Shown here: piece by piece, positions 8,265 through 17,102 of the stretch
How positions within the stretch are numbered: the first letter of the stretch is position 1
Layout: every line of letters begins with the position of its first letter
Origin: a virus
Taxonomy: Duplodnaviria > Heunggongvirae > Uroviricota > Caudoviricetes
Length of the DNA: 25,289 nt
Reading direction: 5' to 3' (one strand)
Virus record (IMG/VR): IMGVR_UViG_2531839265_000001
Coordinates: 1 to 25,289 of that record
Notes under the pieces: generated by a model
Database searches by the model: none
What the model was told of the DNA's origin: nothing
The model's input: the letters and a program-made list of their open reading frames with translations, nothing else
Program-made: the position numbers and the translations under genes

Positions 8265-9004
8265 TTATTGAGCATCACTTAAACTCGTCTTATCGAGTAT
8301 AGCTATCCTGTGACCTGCCGGGGTGACCCCAAAATAACGCCTGAAAACACTAATAAAATAAGATGTATTATTATAGCCACACTGCGCAGCGATTCTGTTG
8401 ATGGCGCAGCCATATTGATTCAATAACTTTACAGCCATTCTCATTCGCTCTGTAAGTAGCAACTCGCTGAAACAAGTATCTTCTTCTTTTAGTCTTTTTT
8501 TAACAAACTTTCACTCATGCATAACCGTGAAGACACCTCCCCCAGGGTCCAGTTTGCAGAAATGTCGGTATGAAACAACGCACCAAGCCTGCCACTAATG
8601 CTGCTGATGCACCCTGCCAGAAACGACGAACACATTATCTCTGATGAAAACAACGCCAGACACGAAAAAGAAAGCATCTCTGTCAAGTTATCCGAATGGG
8701 TCTTTTTCTCATTAATATTATCAATCAGAATGCTCATTAATTCCGGCACAGACAAACTCACGCAAAGATATCGTGGCGTTTTCCGGACTAAAATAACATC
8801 CTGCTTCTCCCCATAACTCAACAGGTAACGACATATTGCCGACTCACTGAAGCTTATTCGCCGGAAACATTCAGAAAAAGGCGATAACACCTCCAACCCG
8901 CCCCTGACAAGAAGTGCACTGCCGCTCTCCAAAGAGAGCATTTTCCCTTCGAAGAACACAACGAACGGAGAATGAATAAAAACAACAGAACAGGCTTCAC
9001 TCAT
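8265..9004 (-). CDS. AraC-family transcriptional regulator (AppY/GadX-like), split by a 1-nt frameshift in a T7/A7 run at 8485-8491
   Basis: Track ORF 8489..9004 ends ...SESLLKKD and ORF 8265..8462 holds the C-terminal HTH (...QCGYNNTSYFISVFRRYFGVTPAGH). Adding one A gives ...SESLLKKRLKEEDTCFSELLLTERMRMAVKLL, matching the AppY pattern. Confidence 0.7.
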
Positions 9005-9104
9005 ATCAACTTACCTAACATTGCTGGTCGCAAGATAAGTATATATCGCTTTACAAAAATGCAAGTTGAGAGCCCCGAATTCACAGCCACCAGCGCTTCA
9101 GGCA

Positions 9105-9136
9105 TAAAAAAACCTGTCGTCAGACAGGTTTTTTTA
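9105..9136. terminator. bidirectional rho-independent terminator downstream of Q (candidate tR')
   Basis: A7, ACCTGTC-GTCA-GACAGGT hairpin, T7. Confidence 0.65.
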
Positions 9137-9167
9137 TGCCTGCTTTGCCATTGTGTATAAAAAAGGC

Positions 9168-9196
9168 AAAATATCAGATTCAAATAAAATATAGGC
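9168..9196 (-). promoter_or_regulatory. candidate late promoter P_R' directly after the Q stop codon
   Basis: Minus-strand -35 TTGCAA (9196-9191), 17-nt spacer, -10 TATATT (9173-9168). Position matches the lambda Q / P_R' / tR' arrangement. Confidence 0.5.
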
Positions 9197-9199
9197 CTT

Positions 9200-9889
9200 T
9201 TAATCTACTTTTGCAATACCTTGCTGTGAAAATGTCACCTTTTGTTTTGAACGTATTCTCATCACAAACAATAAAGCTTCACTGTCCAGCCGATGAAAGA
9301 TATGCTTCATTGCCCCCCAGTGGACAGTAAATGTCTTGGACCAGTTTTTGGTTGTTACTCCCACCAGTAATGCCAGCTCCAGGTATTCATAACCTTCCCC
9401 ACCAAAAAGTTCTGCTTTTACTGCCTGCGCCGCCAACCAGATTAATTTTTTCAGGCGGTCTCGTGTTTTCTCTGCAATTTTTCTGGTACCGGATTGAGCA
9501 TTAAATTCATTCCACGCCCACTGCGTTATCGCGATCTGGTGTTCCCAGCAAATACTGCCGCTGTAACACCACAACAACCAGGCTTTATGATGTTCTTCAA
9601 GAGACAGAACAGCCCGCCGCCACGATGATGTCGAAAACTCAACCGGACTGACCAGTGGAATTGACGTCCCCTTCGCTAGCGATTGTTTCCCCGAGATTGG
9701 TGGATTATCCCGCGTTATCATTTTTCCGGTCACTTCATCGCGGTAACGGATTTTTTTACGCCTGTAACGCCCTGTATCAAACATGGTATTCTCCTGCCAG
9801 GCCTCAAGTTGCCCTTTTATAGCTCCACTCAAATCAGCGGTGGCAATCATGAGTTGCTCACGAACAAACTGTAAATACTGGTTATTCAT
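9200..9889 (-). CDS. putative late antiterminator Q (229 aa)
   Basis: Start ATG overlaps the rusA stop (ATGA) and the gene is followed by a promoter and terminator. Assigned from position downstream of rusA; family not positively recognised from sequence. Confidence 0.55.
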   Translation of the reverse strand: MNNQYLQFVREQLMIATADLSGAIKGQLEAWQENTMFDTGRYRRKKIRYRDEVTGKMITRDNPPISGKQSLAKGTSIPLVSPVEFSTSSWRRAVLSLEEHHKAWLLWCYSGSICWEHQIAITQWAWNEFNAQSGTRKIAEKTRDRLKKLIWLAAQAVKAELFGGEGYEYLELALLVGVTTKNWSKTFTVHWGAMKHIFHRLDSEALLFVMRIRSKQKVTFSQQGIAKVD

Positions 9890-10245
9890 GCGCACTCCAG
9901 TTCTGTGATTTTTATCCCCAGCCGCCCACCAGGAACAGGCAGTCCGCGCACAATATTGATTTCATAAAACTGCTCGTCGTCTATGAGTAATCCGGCATGC
10001 GTCAGCGCATCCAGTGGCACCTTCAGGATATTGTCCAGGTCACGACGGCGCTTATCCGGTGGCTCTGCAATAATCTTTATCGCCAGCCTTCCGGACAGGT
10101 TTAATTTCAGTTGCTGCTGGCGAACAATAAGGGCCACATCACGGCGATAACGCTCACCGGCTTTTGATACAAAATATGTGCTGCCACGACGTCGCCAGTA
10201 GGTGTTCACCGTTGGCGGATAAGGCAAAACAAACTCTATACGCAT
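9886..10245 (-). CDS. rusA: Holliday junction resolvase RusA
   Basis: MRIEFVLPYPPTVNTYWRRRG...PDKRRRDLDNILKVPLDALTHAGLLIDDEQ...GGRLGIKITE matches the conserved RusA core. Confidence 0.9.
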   Translation of the reverse strand: MRIEFVLPYPPTVNTYWRRRGSTYFVSKAGERYRRDVALIVRQQQLKLNLSGRLAIKIIAEPPDKRRRDLDNILKVPLDALTHAGLLIDDEQFYEINIVRGLPVPGGRLGIKITELECA

Positions 10246-10257
10246 CAGTAACCTCTT

Positions 10258-10548
10258 TTACCCGAGCACGCCGGTTGCAAAGGCGTGATCAAGAAAACGA
10301 AAAATTAAATCAACCTGGGAACCATGCTTTTCTTCGAACGCCAGCGGATCCGCATGAAGTTCGTTGTGATGTTTCCGGCACAGCGGTAGCATGAAAATAT
10401 CGTGGGATTTTGTTCCCATTCCGCCCTGACCATGACCAATCAGGTGATGGGGATCGTCGGCTGGCTTACCACAACACGCGCACGGCTGTGTCTTTACCCA
10501 GCGCGTGTATTTCTCGTTAACCCAGCGGCGACGTTTAGGTCGTTTCAT
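10258..10548 (-). CDS. small Cys/His-rich nin-region protein (YbcO/DUF1364-like putative nuclease)
   Basis: MKRPKRRRWVNEKYTRWVKTQPCACCGKPADDPHHLIGHGQGGMGTKSHDIFMLPLCRKHHNELH; position immediately upstream of rusA as ybcO in DLP12. ATG at 10548 chosen over the track GTG at 10590. Confidence 0.5.
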   Translation of the reverse strand: MKRPKRRRWVNEKYTRWVKTQPCACCGKPADDPHHLIGHGQGGMGTKSHDIFMLPLCRKHHNELHADPLAFEEKHGSQVDLIFRFLDHAFATGVLG

Positions 10549-10583
10549 GAAAGATTCCGGAGACTCCGGATCAACAGCGATGC

Positions 10584-11234
10584 TTACCACCGTCTTTTCT
10601 TGTGGCGGGATTTGTTGCTGGTGGGCGTGAGGTGGTAGCGCAATATTTTTGTGCGCTGCTTCAGTATACTGGTGGCTGTCTGCTCTCCCGGTATGATGTC
10701 GCTTTCACGGTACACAGAGCGGATTTTTTCCGCACGTAACCCCAGAGAACGACGCAATACTGTCTCAGGTAATGCGTCCACCACCTGATTGCAGACTGCC
10801 CACCAGGATAATTCAGCCAGCGATAATTCCCGCTCCTGCGCACCGCTTATTGCGTAGCGGATGACGTCAATCATCCATGCTGACAGGTTTTGATGAGCAA
10901 GTTGCTCGAGTGATTCGGATGTCTGGTCACGCAGCTGGTTGTCGCAGTGCCAGCACAACACCATCGCTCCGGTACCATAACGATGTATGACGATTTCACT
11001 GTGATGGTAGTCACTATGAGGCCACTGGCAGGATTTAACATGACGCAGGAGCCAGTCAGACAGTGCACCAGTGCCACCGGCAGCACGAATTACCCGCTCA
11101 TTGCTGAAAAATGGCAGCAATGATTTGTCTTCCGCCAGCGGCTGGCGAATGGCAGGAACAACTCCGGACGGCAGACCGCGCATGCTTTTCGGTTCCGGCT
11201 CCACCAGTACTCGAGGGTTATGAAATACCTGCAT
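10584..11234 (-). CDS. hypothetical nin-region protein (about 216 aa from MQVFHNPRV...)
   Basis: Track ORF 10584..11432; the first about 66 codons are low-complexity, so a start near 11234 is more plausible. May be the C-terminal part of a larger gene with 11308..11586. Confidence 0.35.
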   Translation of the reverse strand: MQVFHNPRVLVEPEPKSMRGLPSGVVPAIRQPLAEDKSLLPFFSNERVIRAAGGTGALSDWLLRHVKSCQWPHSDYHHSEIVIHRYGTGAMVLCWHCDNQLRDQTSESLEQLAHQNLSAWMIDVIRYAISGAQERELSLAELSWWAVCNQVVDALPETVLRRSLGLRAEKIRSVYRESDIIPGEQTATSILKQRTKILRYHLTPTSNKSRHKKRRW

Positions 11235-11307
11235 GGATTCACGACCAGGCTTAAGGACCACCAGCCCGAGTTCCGGTACCGGAACAGGTCGAAGCAATAC
11301 CCGCACG

Positions 11308-11586
11308 TTACCTCCAGATCCGTTGCTGGAATGTGCGGGACGGACGCGGTGGGCGTTCAGAGTAAGGCAGTCTGACTGAGATGATCCAGTGTCGGAAGTC
11401 GAGGCTGAGGTCTTTCTGAAACTCGTAACCACGTCTGCGGTAGTTCTGAATCAGCCATTCGGCCTGTTCTTCAGTGCATGGATCATGCTGGAACCAGTCA
11501 GATTTGAATGCATGAGAACGCCGCCCGCGCCTGCTGGCAAGGACGGCGAGATTATCAGAATTGTGTGATCTGGAATTTTGCGCCAT
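11308..11586 (-). CDS. hypothetical protein (92 aa), possibly the N-terminal part of the downstream gene
   Basis: Track ORF MAQNSRSHNSDNLAVLASRRGRRSHAFKSDWFQHDPCTEEQAEWLIQNYRRRGYEFQ...; overlaps 10584..11432 in another frame. Confidence 0.3.
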   Translation of the reverse strand: MAQNSRSHNSDNLAVLASRRGRRSHAFKSDWFQHDPCTEEQAEWLIQNYRRRGYEFQKDLSLDFRHWIISVRLPYSERPPRPSRTFQQRIWR

Positions 11587-11652
11587 CGGCTTTCTCCGGT
11601 GGCACAGTGTTACTCAGCAGGGGTTCAGCCCTGCGCTGAATTGTAGATGAAT

Positions 11653-11916
11653 TCACTCATCTTCAAAAGCAGAAAAACCAGCCTTAAGCCCAGCTTCTTT
11701 CAGAGACTGCAATGATGTGACAAATTCATTTTCACGCAAAATAAAACCATCCGTCACCAATCCATCCACAAAGTAAATTAACGCCGCCCCACTCTTCCTT
11801 TGTTGAGACTGTAAACATTTAATACGGCAGTGGCTGACAATAGCGCCATTCTCAACGCGCACAGTATAGAGGCCATCTTCACTAAAAATTTCAACCAATT
11901 CTTCGATTTTCATCAA
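11653..11916 (-). CDS. hypothetical small protein (87 aa), in the position of rem in Qin
   Basis: Track ORF MMKIEELVEIFSEDGLYTVRVENGAIVSHCRIK...; no recognised family. Confidence 0.4.
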   Translation of the reverse strand: MMKIEELVEIFSEDGLYTVRVENGAIVSHCRIKCLQSQQRKSGAALIYFVDGLVTDGFILRENEFVTSLQSLKEAGLKAGFSAFEDE

Positions 11917-12104
11917 CAGAATCCTTCCAGATAAATAGCACTCCCCTGCTCGGGGTCCATCCCTCTTCTCCCTGCGCGCTACTTAAGAGCCTCGATTCTA
12001 GCCGTGAAGACATGCCAATCAACAGCAATAAGCCACCTGAATAACAGAATCAGACAACCACATCAGTGCAACCAGATGCATCAAGCTCACCGAAAATAAA
12101 CAAC

Positions 12105-12128
12105 AAAAAACCCGCCGAAGCGGGTTTT
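12105..12128 (-). terminator. rho-independent terminator after the Doc-family gene
   Basis: A6, CCCGC-CGAA-GCGGG hairpin, T-run; strongest on the minus strand. Confidence 0.65.
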
Positions 12129-12142
12129 CATTAGAAGCACCT

Positions 12143-12628
12143 TTAGTTTTGCTGTTCTATTTTAAGCTTGATAGTTTCATACAGAACAATAGTTGCGCCT
12201 GTTTTACATAATTCCCGGCTGTCATATGCACGAGACCAATAACACAACCAGTTCTCGAGATCTTCTCGAGTATAGGTTTTGCAGGCCAGTCCCTCTGCCA
12301 TTTCCACGATTTCATCGCCTGGTGCTGTTAACTCATAGCCATTCAACAACAAGAAGACGTAACCAGCCATCATAGCTGTTCGTTTGTTCGCATTAGCAAA
12401 CGGATGATTCTGAATCAGACTTTCAATCAATACCGATGCCAGTACAAACATGTCATTAGTCTGTTCATACCATCGAACCATGCTGGGACGGGCCTGAGAA
12501 GAACTTAAATTATCAACACTCAGCACACCTACAGGTTCATCTGGTGTTTGAAGCTCAATTAAAAGGCGATTGATTTCAGTAAGATCATCAACCGAAAGAT
12601 AGTGCACTCCTTCAACAATCTCAGCCAT
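12143..12628 (-). CDS. Doc/Fic-family toxin (death-on-curing type)
   Basis: Contains HPFANANKRTAMMAG, the Doc-type H-x-F-x-(D/N)-(A/G)-N-K-R motif. ATG at 12628 (track start 12637 is a TTG). Confidence 0.8.
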   Translation of the reverse strand: MAEIVEGVHYLSVDDLTEINRLLIELQTPDEPVGVLSVDNLSSSQARPSMVRWYEQTNDMFVLASVLIESLIQNHPFANANKRTAMMAGYVFLLLNGYELTAPGDEIVEMAEGLACKTYTREDLENWLCYWSRAYDSRELCKTGATIVLYETIKLKIEQQN

Positions 12629-12646
12629 AGAGCACAATACCCATTA

Positions 12647-12826
12647 TTACACTTTTGAAAGTTCTTCCATTGCCTTCTCGTAACGAGAAAAACCGAAATC
12701 GAAAGCATTTTTCACCTGCTCACGATGTGTGCAATTTTCATCAATAGCCGGGCGCGGAGCTGCCACAACGCTTTTATCGCGAGGGGGAATAGTCAATCGC
12801 GGGTGTTTTTTTAGTGCGTAGCTCAT
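12647..12826 (-). CDS. putative antitoxin partner of the Doc-family toxin (59 aa)
   Basis: ATG at 12826, stop 17 nt before the toxin start: MSYALKKHPRLTIPPRDKSVVAAPRPAIDENCTHREQVKNAFDFGFSRYEKAMEELSKV. Not recognisably Phd/YefM from sequence; below the ORF-track cut-off. Confidence 0.45.
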   Translation of the reverse strand: MSYALKKHPRLTIPPRDKSVVAAPRPAIDENCTHREQVKNAFDFGFSRYEKAMEELSKV

Positions 12827-13037
12827 TGGGTGTACCCTTACTTCTCCGTCCTGTTCTTTAACAAAAAATCAAGTCAATACAAAATTAGTCAGGCTAATGT
12901 TGTTAGCATAGCCTAATACCAATCGTATTCACAACCACAGTACGTGAAAAAATCCGCCAAAGCGGGTTAAGTGCGGGTGCGTTGAGGATGCCGACACATC
13001 AGAGGTGGCGGGAGATTACTCTCCCGCCTGGTCACTC

Positions 13038-13193
13038 TTACTTCTCAGATTCGTAGTCCACGAAGACAGCAACCTCCGTCTGGCCGGTTCGGATTCGTAC
13101 CTCGCAGAGGTCTTTCCTCGTTACCAGTGCCGTCACTATGACGGTTAAACAGATGACGATCAGGGCGATTAACATCGCCTTTTGCTGCTTCAT
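13038..13193 (-). CDS. hok: Hok/Gef-family type I toxin (51 aa)
   Basis: MKQQKAMLIALIVICLTVIVTALVTRKDLCEVRIRTGQTEVAVFVDYESEK has the Hok TM segment and CE.R motif. AGGAG RBS before the ATG at 13193. A 9-bp perfect hairpin at 13002-13023 follows the stop. Confidence 0.9.
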   Translation of the reverse strand: MKQQKAMLIALIVICLTVIVTALVTRKDLCEVRIRTGQTEVAVFVDYESEK

Positions 13194-13530
13194 AGCCTGC
13201 TTCTCCTTGCCTTTCGACACGTAAGAGGCTAACCTACATTTGTGAGACGTAGATTGGGCCTCAGATTAATGTTAAGCGTCCTGCAAGACGCGTAATGTTA
13301 ACTGGGGCTTTTCTCTGTTTGCCTTACAGTGGCATGCCCGAGGCAGACAGCCTCAAGCACCCGCAGCAATCTTACCGACACCGATAAGAAAACGCTATTT
13401 TTATTGCCAGCACCATCTATCCAGGCTAATTTATCTGCGTCAGAACGGCGCAATGCGCTCGCCTGAGATACGTTTACTTGCCATGGTAACAACAGATAAC
13501 GGCAATTGTTGTTTCTGTTTTGTTTCCTTC

Positions 13531-13561
13531 AAAAACCCCGGACCATCAATCCGGGGTTTTT
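13531..13561. terminator. bidirectional rho-independent terminator separating the DUF551 gene from the hok unit
   Basis: A5, CCCCGG...CCGGGG hairpin, T5. Confidence 0.6.
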
Positions 13562-13646
13562 GTTTGTTATCCCCAGCGGCAAATCGAATACACCACCAGC
13601 GCCACCGCCATTGCAATTCCTACCGTAGTGAATGCCTCAGGCCAGG

Positions 13647-14339
13647 TCATTGATTCACCTCCTGCGGTGGTTCCGGTAGCGGCATCCAGTGAGTTGAGCT
13701 CTCTACTTCGACGCCGTCTTTGTCCACAAAAGCCATCTTATTCCCGCCACGAGTGAGGCAAAAAACCTTATCCCAGGAACCGGGGAATACATTCCCGAGA
13801 TCATCGCACAGAATCACATCGCAATATTCAGCAGGAACTGCATCACTACAGCTTATCCAGCCAGCCGGAACTCCCGGAGAGCTGGTTGACGTTTCCGAGA
13901 TTTCCCGAAAATTGTTGGTTGACGAATCTTTATTTTCCCGAAAGTTTCCGGCCTGAAGCATGGCGACTCGGCAGGCGTTCCAGCCATCAGCATATGTTTC
14001 AGTTACACCGTCGAGATGGCAGGTAAGCAAATCCATTTCATCCGGCACTATCAGCACCGGCTGGACGGTGACATTGGCAAAGGCAGCACGCAACCCTGTT
14101 TTAATTTCTTCGATTTCATCAGAGCCAAGCGATGAGTCAGAAAGCGCATGGTGAAATGCGTAAGCCATGTCGTCGTTGATTTCTACAGGCACACTATCAG
14201 CCTTGCGGCGCTCCTGTAGCTCGCGCAGAGCCGCTACAACATAATGGCTATTGTGCTGGTCAGCCCACAGAATGAGCCGAATCAACGTTGCATTTGAAAC
14301 GTATTCGTCTGTTAGTTTGCTATTGGTAAAAGTGGTCAT
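13647..14339 (-). CDS. phage protein with C-terminal DUF551-like domain
   Basis: C-terminus ...ILCDDLGNVFPGSWDKVFCLTRGGNKMAFVDKDGVEVESSTHWMPLPEPP resembles the DUF551 pattern; start overlaps the HNH stop (ATGA). Confidence 0.55.
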   Translation of the reverse strand: MTTFTNSKLTDEYVSNATLIRLILWADQHNSHYVVAALRELQERRKADSVPVEINDDMAYAFHHALSDSSLGSDEIEEIKTGLRAAFANVTVQPVLIVPDEMDLLTCHLDGVTETYADGWNACRVAMLQAGNFRENKDSSTNNFREISETSTSSPGVPAGWISCSDAVPAEYCDVILCDDLGNVFPGSWDKVFCLTRGGNKMAFVDKDGVEVESSTHWMPLPEPPQEVNQ

Positions 14340-14701
14340 GCCGTAGCCCCTTTTTGATATTTTTCAAACCAGAACACAACCGGGTCAGATTTCATTTCAA
14401 CCAATCCCATGCGAACCAGCGCTTTGCCTTTCCCGGATGCAAGGAATTCACGACGACCATCACTGATAATTCGCCGATAATCTTCCAGGCTACTGCAATG
14501 CTTGTGCAGATTGCATGGGTGGCATGCTGGTACCATGTTGGATATATCGTCACGTTCCTGGTGAAGCATATTTCCATCAAAACGAATGACCGGTTTTACA
14601 TGGTCTGCATGCCACTTTTCGCCAAGTTCGCAGCCGCAATAAGCGCAGCGACCACCGAACTTCATGCACAGTTCTGCGCGTTGTTTTTTCGTCAGTGCCA
14701 T
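14336..14701 (-). CDS. HNH endonuclease
   Basis: MALTKKQRAELCMKFGGRCAYCGCELGEKWHADHVKPV...MVPACHPCNLHKH has the Cys pairs and HNH histidines. ATG at 14701 with AGGAAA RBS. Confidence 0.8.
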   Translation of the reverse strand: MALTKKQRAELCMKFGGRCAYCGCELGEKWHADHVKPVIRFDGNMLHQERDDISNMVPACHPCNLHKHCSSLEDYRRIISDGRREFLASGKGKALVRMGLVEMKSDPVVFWFEKYQKGATA

Positions 14702-14702
14702 A

Positions 14703-14921
14703 TCAGCTTTCCTTATACGGATTAATTTTATTATGCAGTGTGTTGAACAACGCCCATACCACGTCGTTATACAATTCAATAACTGGCTCAATTATTTTCC
14801 CGATTCCCCATACCAGTATTAACGGGGATATCGGTATCATCAACACGATAAACAGAATTAGAAACAGGAATTCTGTTGCTCTGCTCTTTCGCGGATAATT
14901 TTTCCTGAATAGGAAAGTCAT
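14703..14921 (-). CDS. small membrane protein (72 aa)
   Basis: Track ORF with hydrophobic core FLFLILFIVLMIPISPLILVWGIG. Confidence 0.35.
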   Translation of the reverse strand: MTFLFRKNYPRKSRATEFLFLILFIVLMIPISPLILVWGIGKIIEPVIELYNDVVWALFNTLHNKINPYKES

Positions 14922-15179
14922 ATCACTCCCATTTAATTTGCTTAGAACCGTGATTTCTCCAGCGGTTTTGCGCCGCGCTGGGTTTGTTAAGAGAACACAT
15001 CACGATATCAGCCATGTTTGTGAACAATCCCATTCTGCGGTTACTGAGTTTTAACTATTGCTGGACACCGCGCGCGTTTCTACAGGTCAAAAGAATTTTT
15101 GCTTTACGGTTTTTCATCGTTTTGTTCTCCGATTAGTTCAGCCATTTTTATTACCGCCCTTTCGGGCGGCCTCCCGACA

Positions 15180-15391
15180 TTAATCGTTGTGGTAACTCAT
15201 GGCTTCATTTGCAGCATCAACCGGATCAACCTGCCACCAGCAATAATTTGGGTCGGTTCCTTCAGGTGTCCACGGTTCTAATTCATTTTTTGCCACATTC
15301 TCGTCACCAGTAATTTTAAAAATCTGCTCCGAGAATTTTTTACCCACTCGTTATATTTTTCCGCATTAATGATTTTCTGTGTATTTAACAT
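15180..15391 (-). CDS. small hypothetical protein (about 70 aa) with strong RBS, split by a 1-nt frameshift in a T6/A6 run at 15336-15341
   Basis: GGAGGT RBS then ATG at 15391: MLNTQKIINAEKYNEW.... One extra A joins it to ...KKFSEQIFKITGDENVAKNELEPWTPEGTDPNYCWWQVDPVDAANEAMSYHND. Confidence 0.35.
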
Positions 15392-15441
15392 AGATATACC
15401 TCCGGTTAAGGATTAGATTTTATTTACAACACTAAATTTAA

Positions 15442-15966
15442 TTATTCAGACGAGCGAATCTGTTCCGCACAATGCAACAATGCTTCTGTCACTTCCTTAA
15501 GCGTTACGGTATCGGCATCATCCAGTCCTGCAACTTTTGCGTGCCTGACAAACGCCGCGCGAAGCTCGTTAAACGCCACCGCCCGTACATCAGCCAGGAA
15601 AGCATCTGTAGCCGGGGTTTGCGGCATACCTCCGTCTGTTGCGCAGATATACGCATCAGATATTTCATCCTGCTCGCCATTAAACACATAGCAACTCTGT
15701 ACGATAAATTTATTCAGCCGCGCATTCTCCGCCGCCAGCGTCATGCGTTCTTTCTCAAGTCGGAAAATTTCAGTCACGTATTTGGCGTTTTCACCCCCCT
15801 TGATTAACTCGTTAATTCGTTTGCTTTTAATTTCCAGTTCATCCAGCAGTTCCAGCACAACCTGAGGTGTGGCTTTCATACGAAATGCCAGCAATTTTTG
15901 TGGTGTGGCTGCTATTTTTATTGCTTCTGCCGCCCCACGCAGTGCCTGATAGTCAATGTTGCTCAC
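15442..15966 (-). CDS. Ead/Ea22-like phage protein
   Basis: 174-aa track ORF; coiled-coil-rich middle and overall pattern resemble Ea22-like early proteins of lambdoid phages. Recognition by memory only. Confidence 0.45.
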   Translation of the reverse strand: MSNIDYQALRGAAEAIKIAATPQKLLAFRMKATPQVVLELLDELEIKSKRINELIKGGENAKYVTEIFRLEKERMTLAAENARLNKFIVQSCYVFNGEQDEISDAYICATDGGMPQTPATDAFLADVRAVAFNELRAAFVRHAKVAGLDDADTVTLKEVTEALLHCAEQIRSSE

Positions 15967-16219
15967 TGGTTATCTCCTTTTTCCATGTTTTCAGACTTTC
16001 ACCACAGAACGGGCAAAATGAGACTCGAATAGGTGATTTAGAAAATTCACCAGAACGCAACATCACCAAATCAGGGGCGCGAGTTAAATTCTCATTCCAG
16101 ATTTTGTATATCAGCAGACCTTTTCGCATCGTGTATTCAGCATCATGCTCAAGGGCTTTTGCCAGTGCCGCACATGGTTCTATCTGATTGCCATTAACCT
16201 GACATTTTGATTCGCTCAC
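15953..16219 (-). CDS. hypothetical protein (88 aa) with CPFCG zinc-ribbon-like motif
   Basis: Track ORF; overlaps neighbours by a few codons in an operon-like array. Confidence 0.35.
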   Translation of the reverse strand: MSESKCQVNGNQIEPCAALAKALEHDAEYTMRKGLLIYKIWNENLTRAPDLVMLRSGEFSKSPIRVSFCPFCGESLKTWKKEITSEQH

Positions 16220-16611
16220 AGCATCACCTCCTGAAATTTCCCCTGATAAAACGCCAGCACTCGCTGCATAACCTCACTCTTCCGGCACTCGCGACAGATT
16301 ATGTTCAGGTGTCTGTCGTAGCGGCGTATTTCTCCGTCTGGTAACTTTCGAATCAGTGTCTGGTCAGTTGTTTTCTCCGGCGTCTTACGCCATTCACGAT
16401 ACGCCTGCTCTGATGCAAAAACACCGTATACCCCGGACATGTATAAATCACCACAAGCCAGTACATCCACAAGGCAGCGCCGGACCGAATGCCAGCCAGC
16501 TCCCGTCGCTCTCTCCAGTTGCGACATCGTCATGCGTCCATTTTTACGTACCAATCCGATAATTCGTGCCTTCAGCTCTTCCCGCTGTTCGGGTGTAAAA
16601 GGTTTCGCCAT
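16216..16611 (-). CDS. hypothetical protein (131 aa)
   Basis: Track ORF MAKPFTPEQREELKARIIGLVRKNGRMTMSQLERATGAGWHSVRRCL... with an HTH-like stretch. Confidence 0.4.
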   Translation of the reverse strand: MAKPFTPEQREELKARIIGLVRKNGRMTMSQLERATGAGWHSVRRCLVDVLACGDLYMSGVYGVFASEQAYREWRKTPEKTTDQTLIRKLPDGEIRRYDRHLNIICRECRKSEVMQRVLAFYQGKFQEVML

Positions 16612-16640
16612 AAACCCTCCCGGTAAAATTACTTATCAAC

Positions 16641-17102
16641 TCAAACAAAACCTGCCGCTTTCCGGCGTTCATATTCCTGTTTCAGCAACTCAATTGGTGT
16701 TGGCCCCGACGGGCGTTCTGGTGCTGCCAGTTGCCGCCGTACGGGCGGAACGCTGAAGCCGTCACCAACATGCTTTGCCCATTTCGCCAGTTGCCGTTCT
16801 GCAAGTCGTTTTAACTCCCCTTCGGTCATCTGGCGCTCAATCCCCTTTGAACGCATCTCGAGGCAAATGTGATACAGCACAGGCTGAGACCACGGGTATT
16901 TATCGCTTCCGTCGTATCGCCAGGACTCGTTGCGCCAGCGTCGGTACTCCTCCATCACAGCATCCACCGTCAGACCGAATGGATTGGCCCCGCTTTCCGA
17001 AATCAGCGCCACAAACTCAGCCAGGTCCGGAGGCCATGTTTCACCCGCCCGGCAGCGGTTCATGCACTGGCGGCAGACCTGACGGATTTGCTGCTCAGTC
17101 AT
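16641..17102 (-). CDS. replication protein P-like helicase loader (lambda P homolog)
   Basis: From ATG at 17102: MTEQQIRQVCRQCMNRCRAGETWPPDLAEFVAL...DKYPWSQPVLYHICLEMRSKGIERQMTEGELKRLAERQL aligns to the lambda P C-terminal two-thirds. The ATG overlaps the upstream stop as ATGACTGA. Confidence 0.65.
   Translation of the reverse strand: MTEQQIRQVCRQCMNRCRAGETWPPDLAEFVALISESGANPFGLTVDAVMEEYRRWRNESWRYDGSDKYPWSQPVLYHICLEMRSKGIERQMTEGELKRLAERQLAKWAKHVGDGFSVPPVRRQLAAPERPSGPTPIELLKQEYERRKAAGFV

Noticed and set aside
10584-11586. Calling the two nin-region ORFs a single frameshifted DUF968/YdfU-like gene
   Set aside because: The required shift does not fall on an obvious homopolymer and I could not recognise the family with confidence, so they are left as two low-confidence ORFs.
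12826-13037. Treating hok and the Doc-family pair as one operon
   Set aside because: Hok has its own RBS and a strong hairpin after its stop, and the Doc pair has its own terminator; they read as two independent modules on the same strand.
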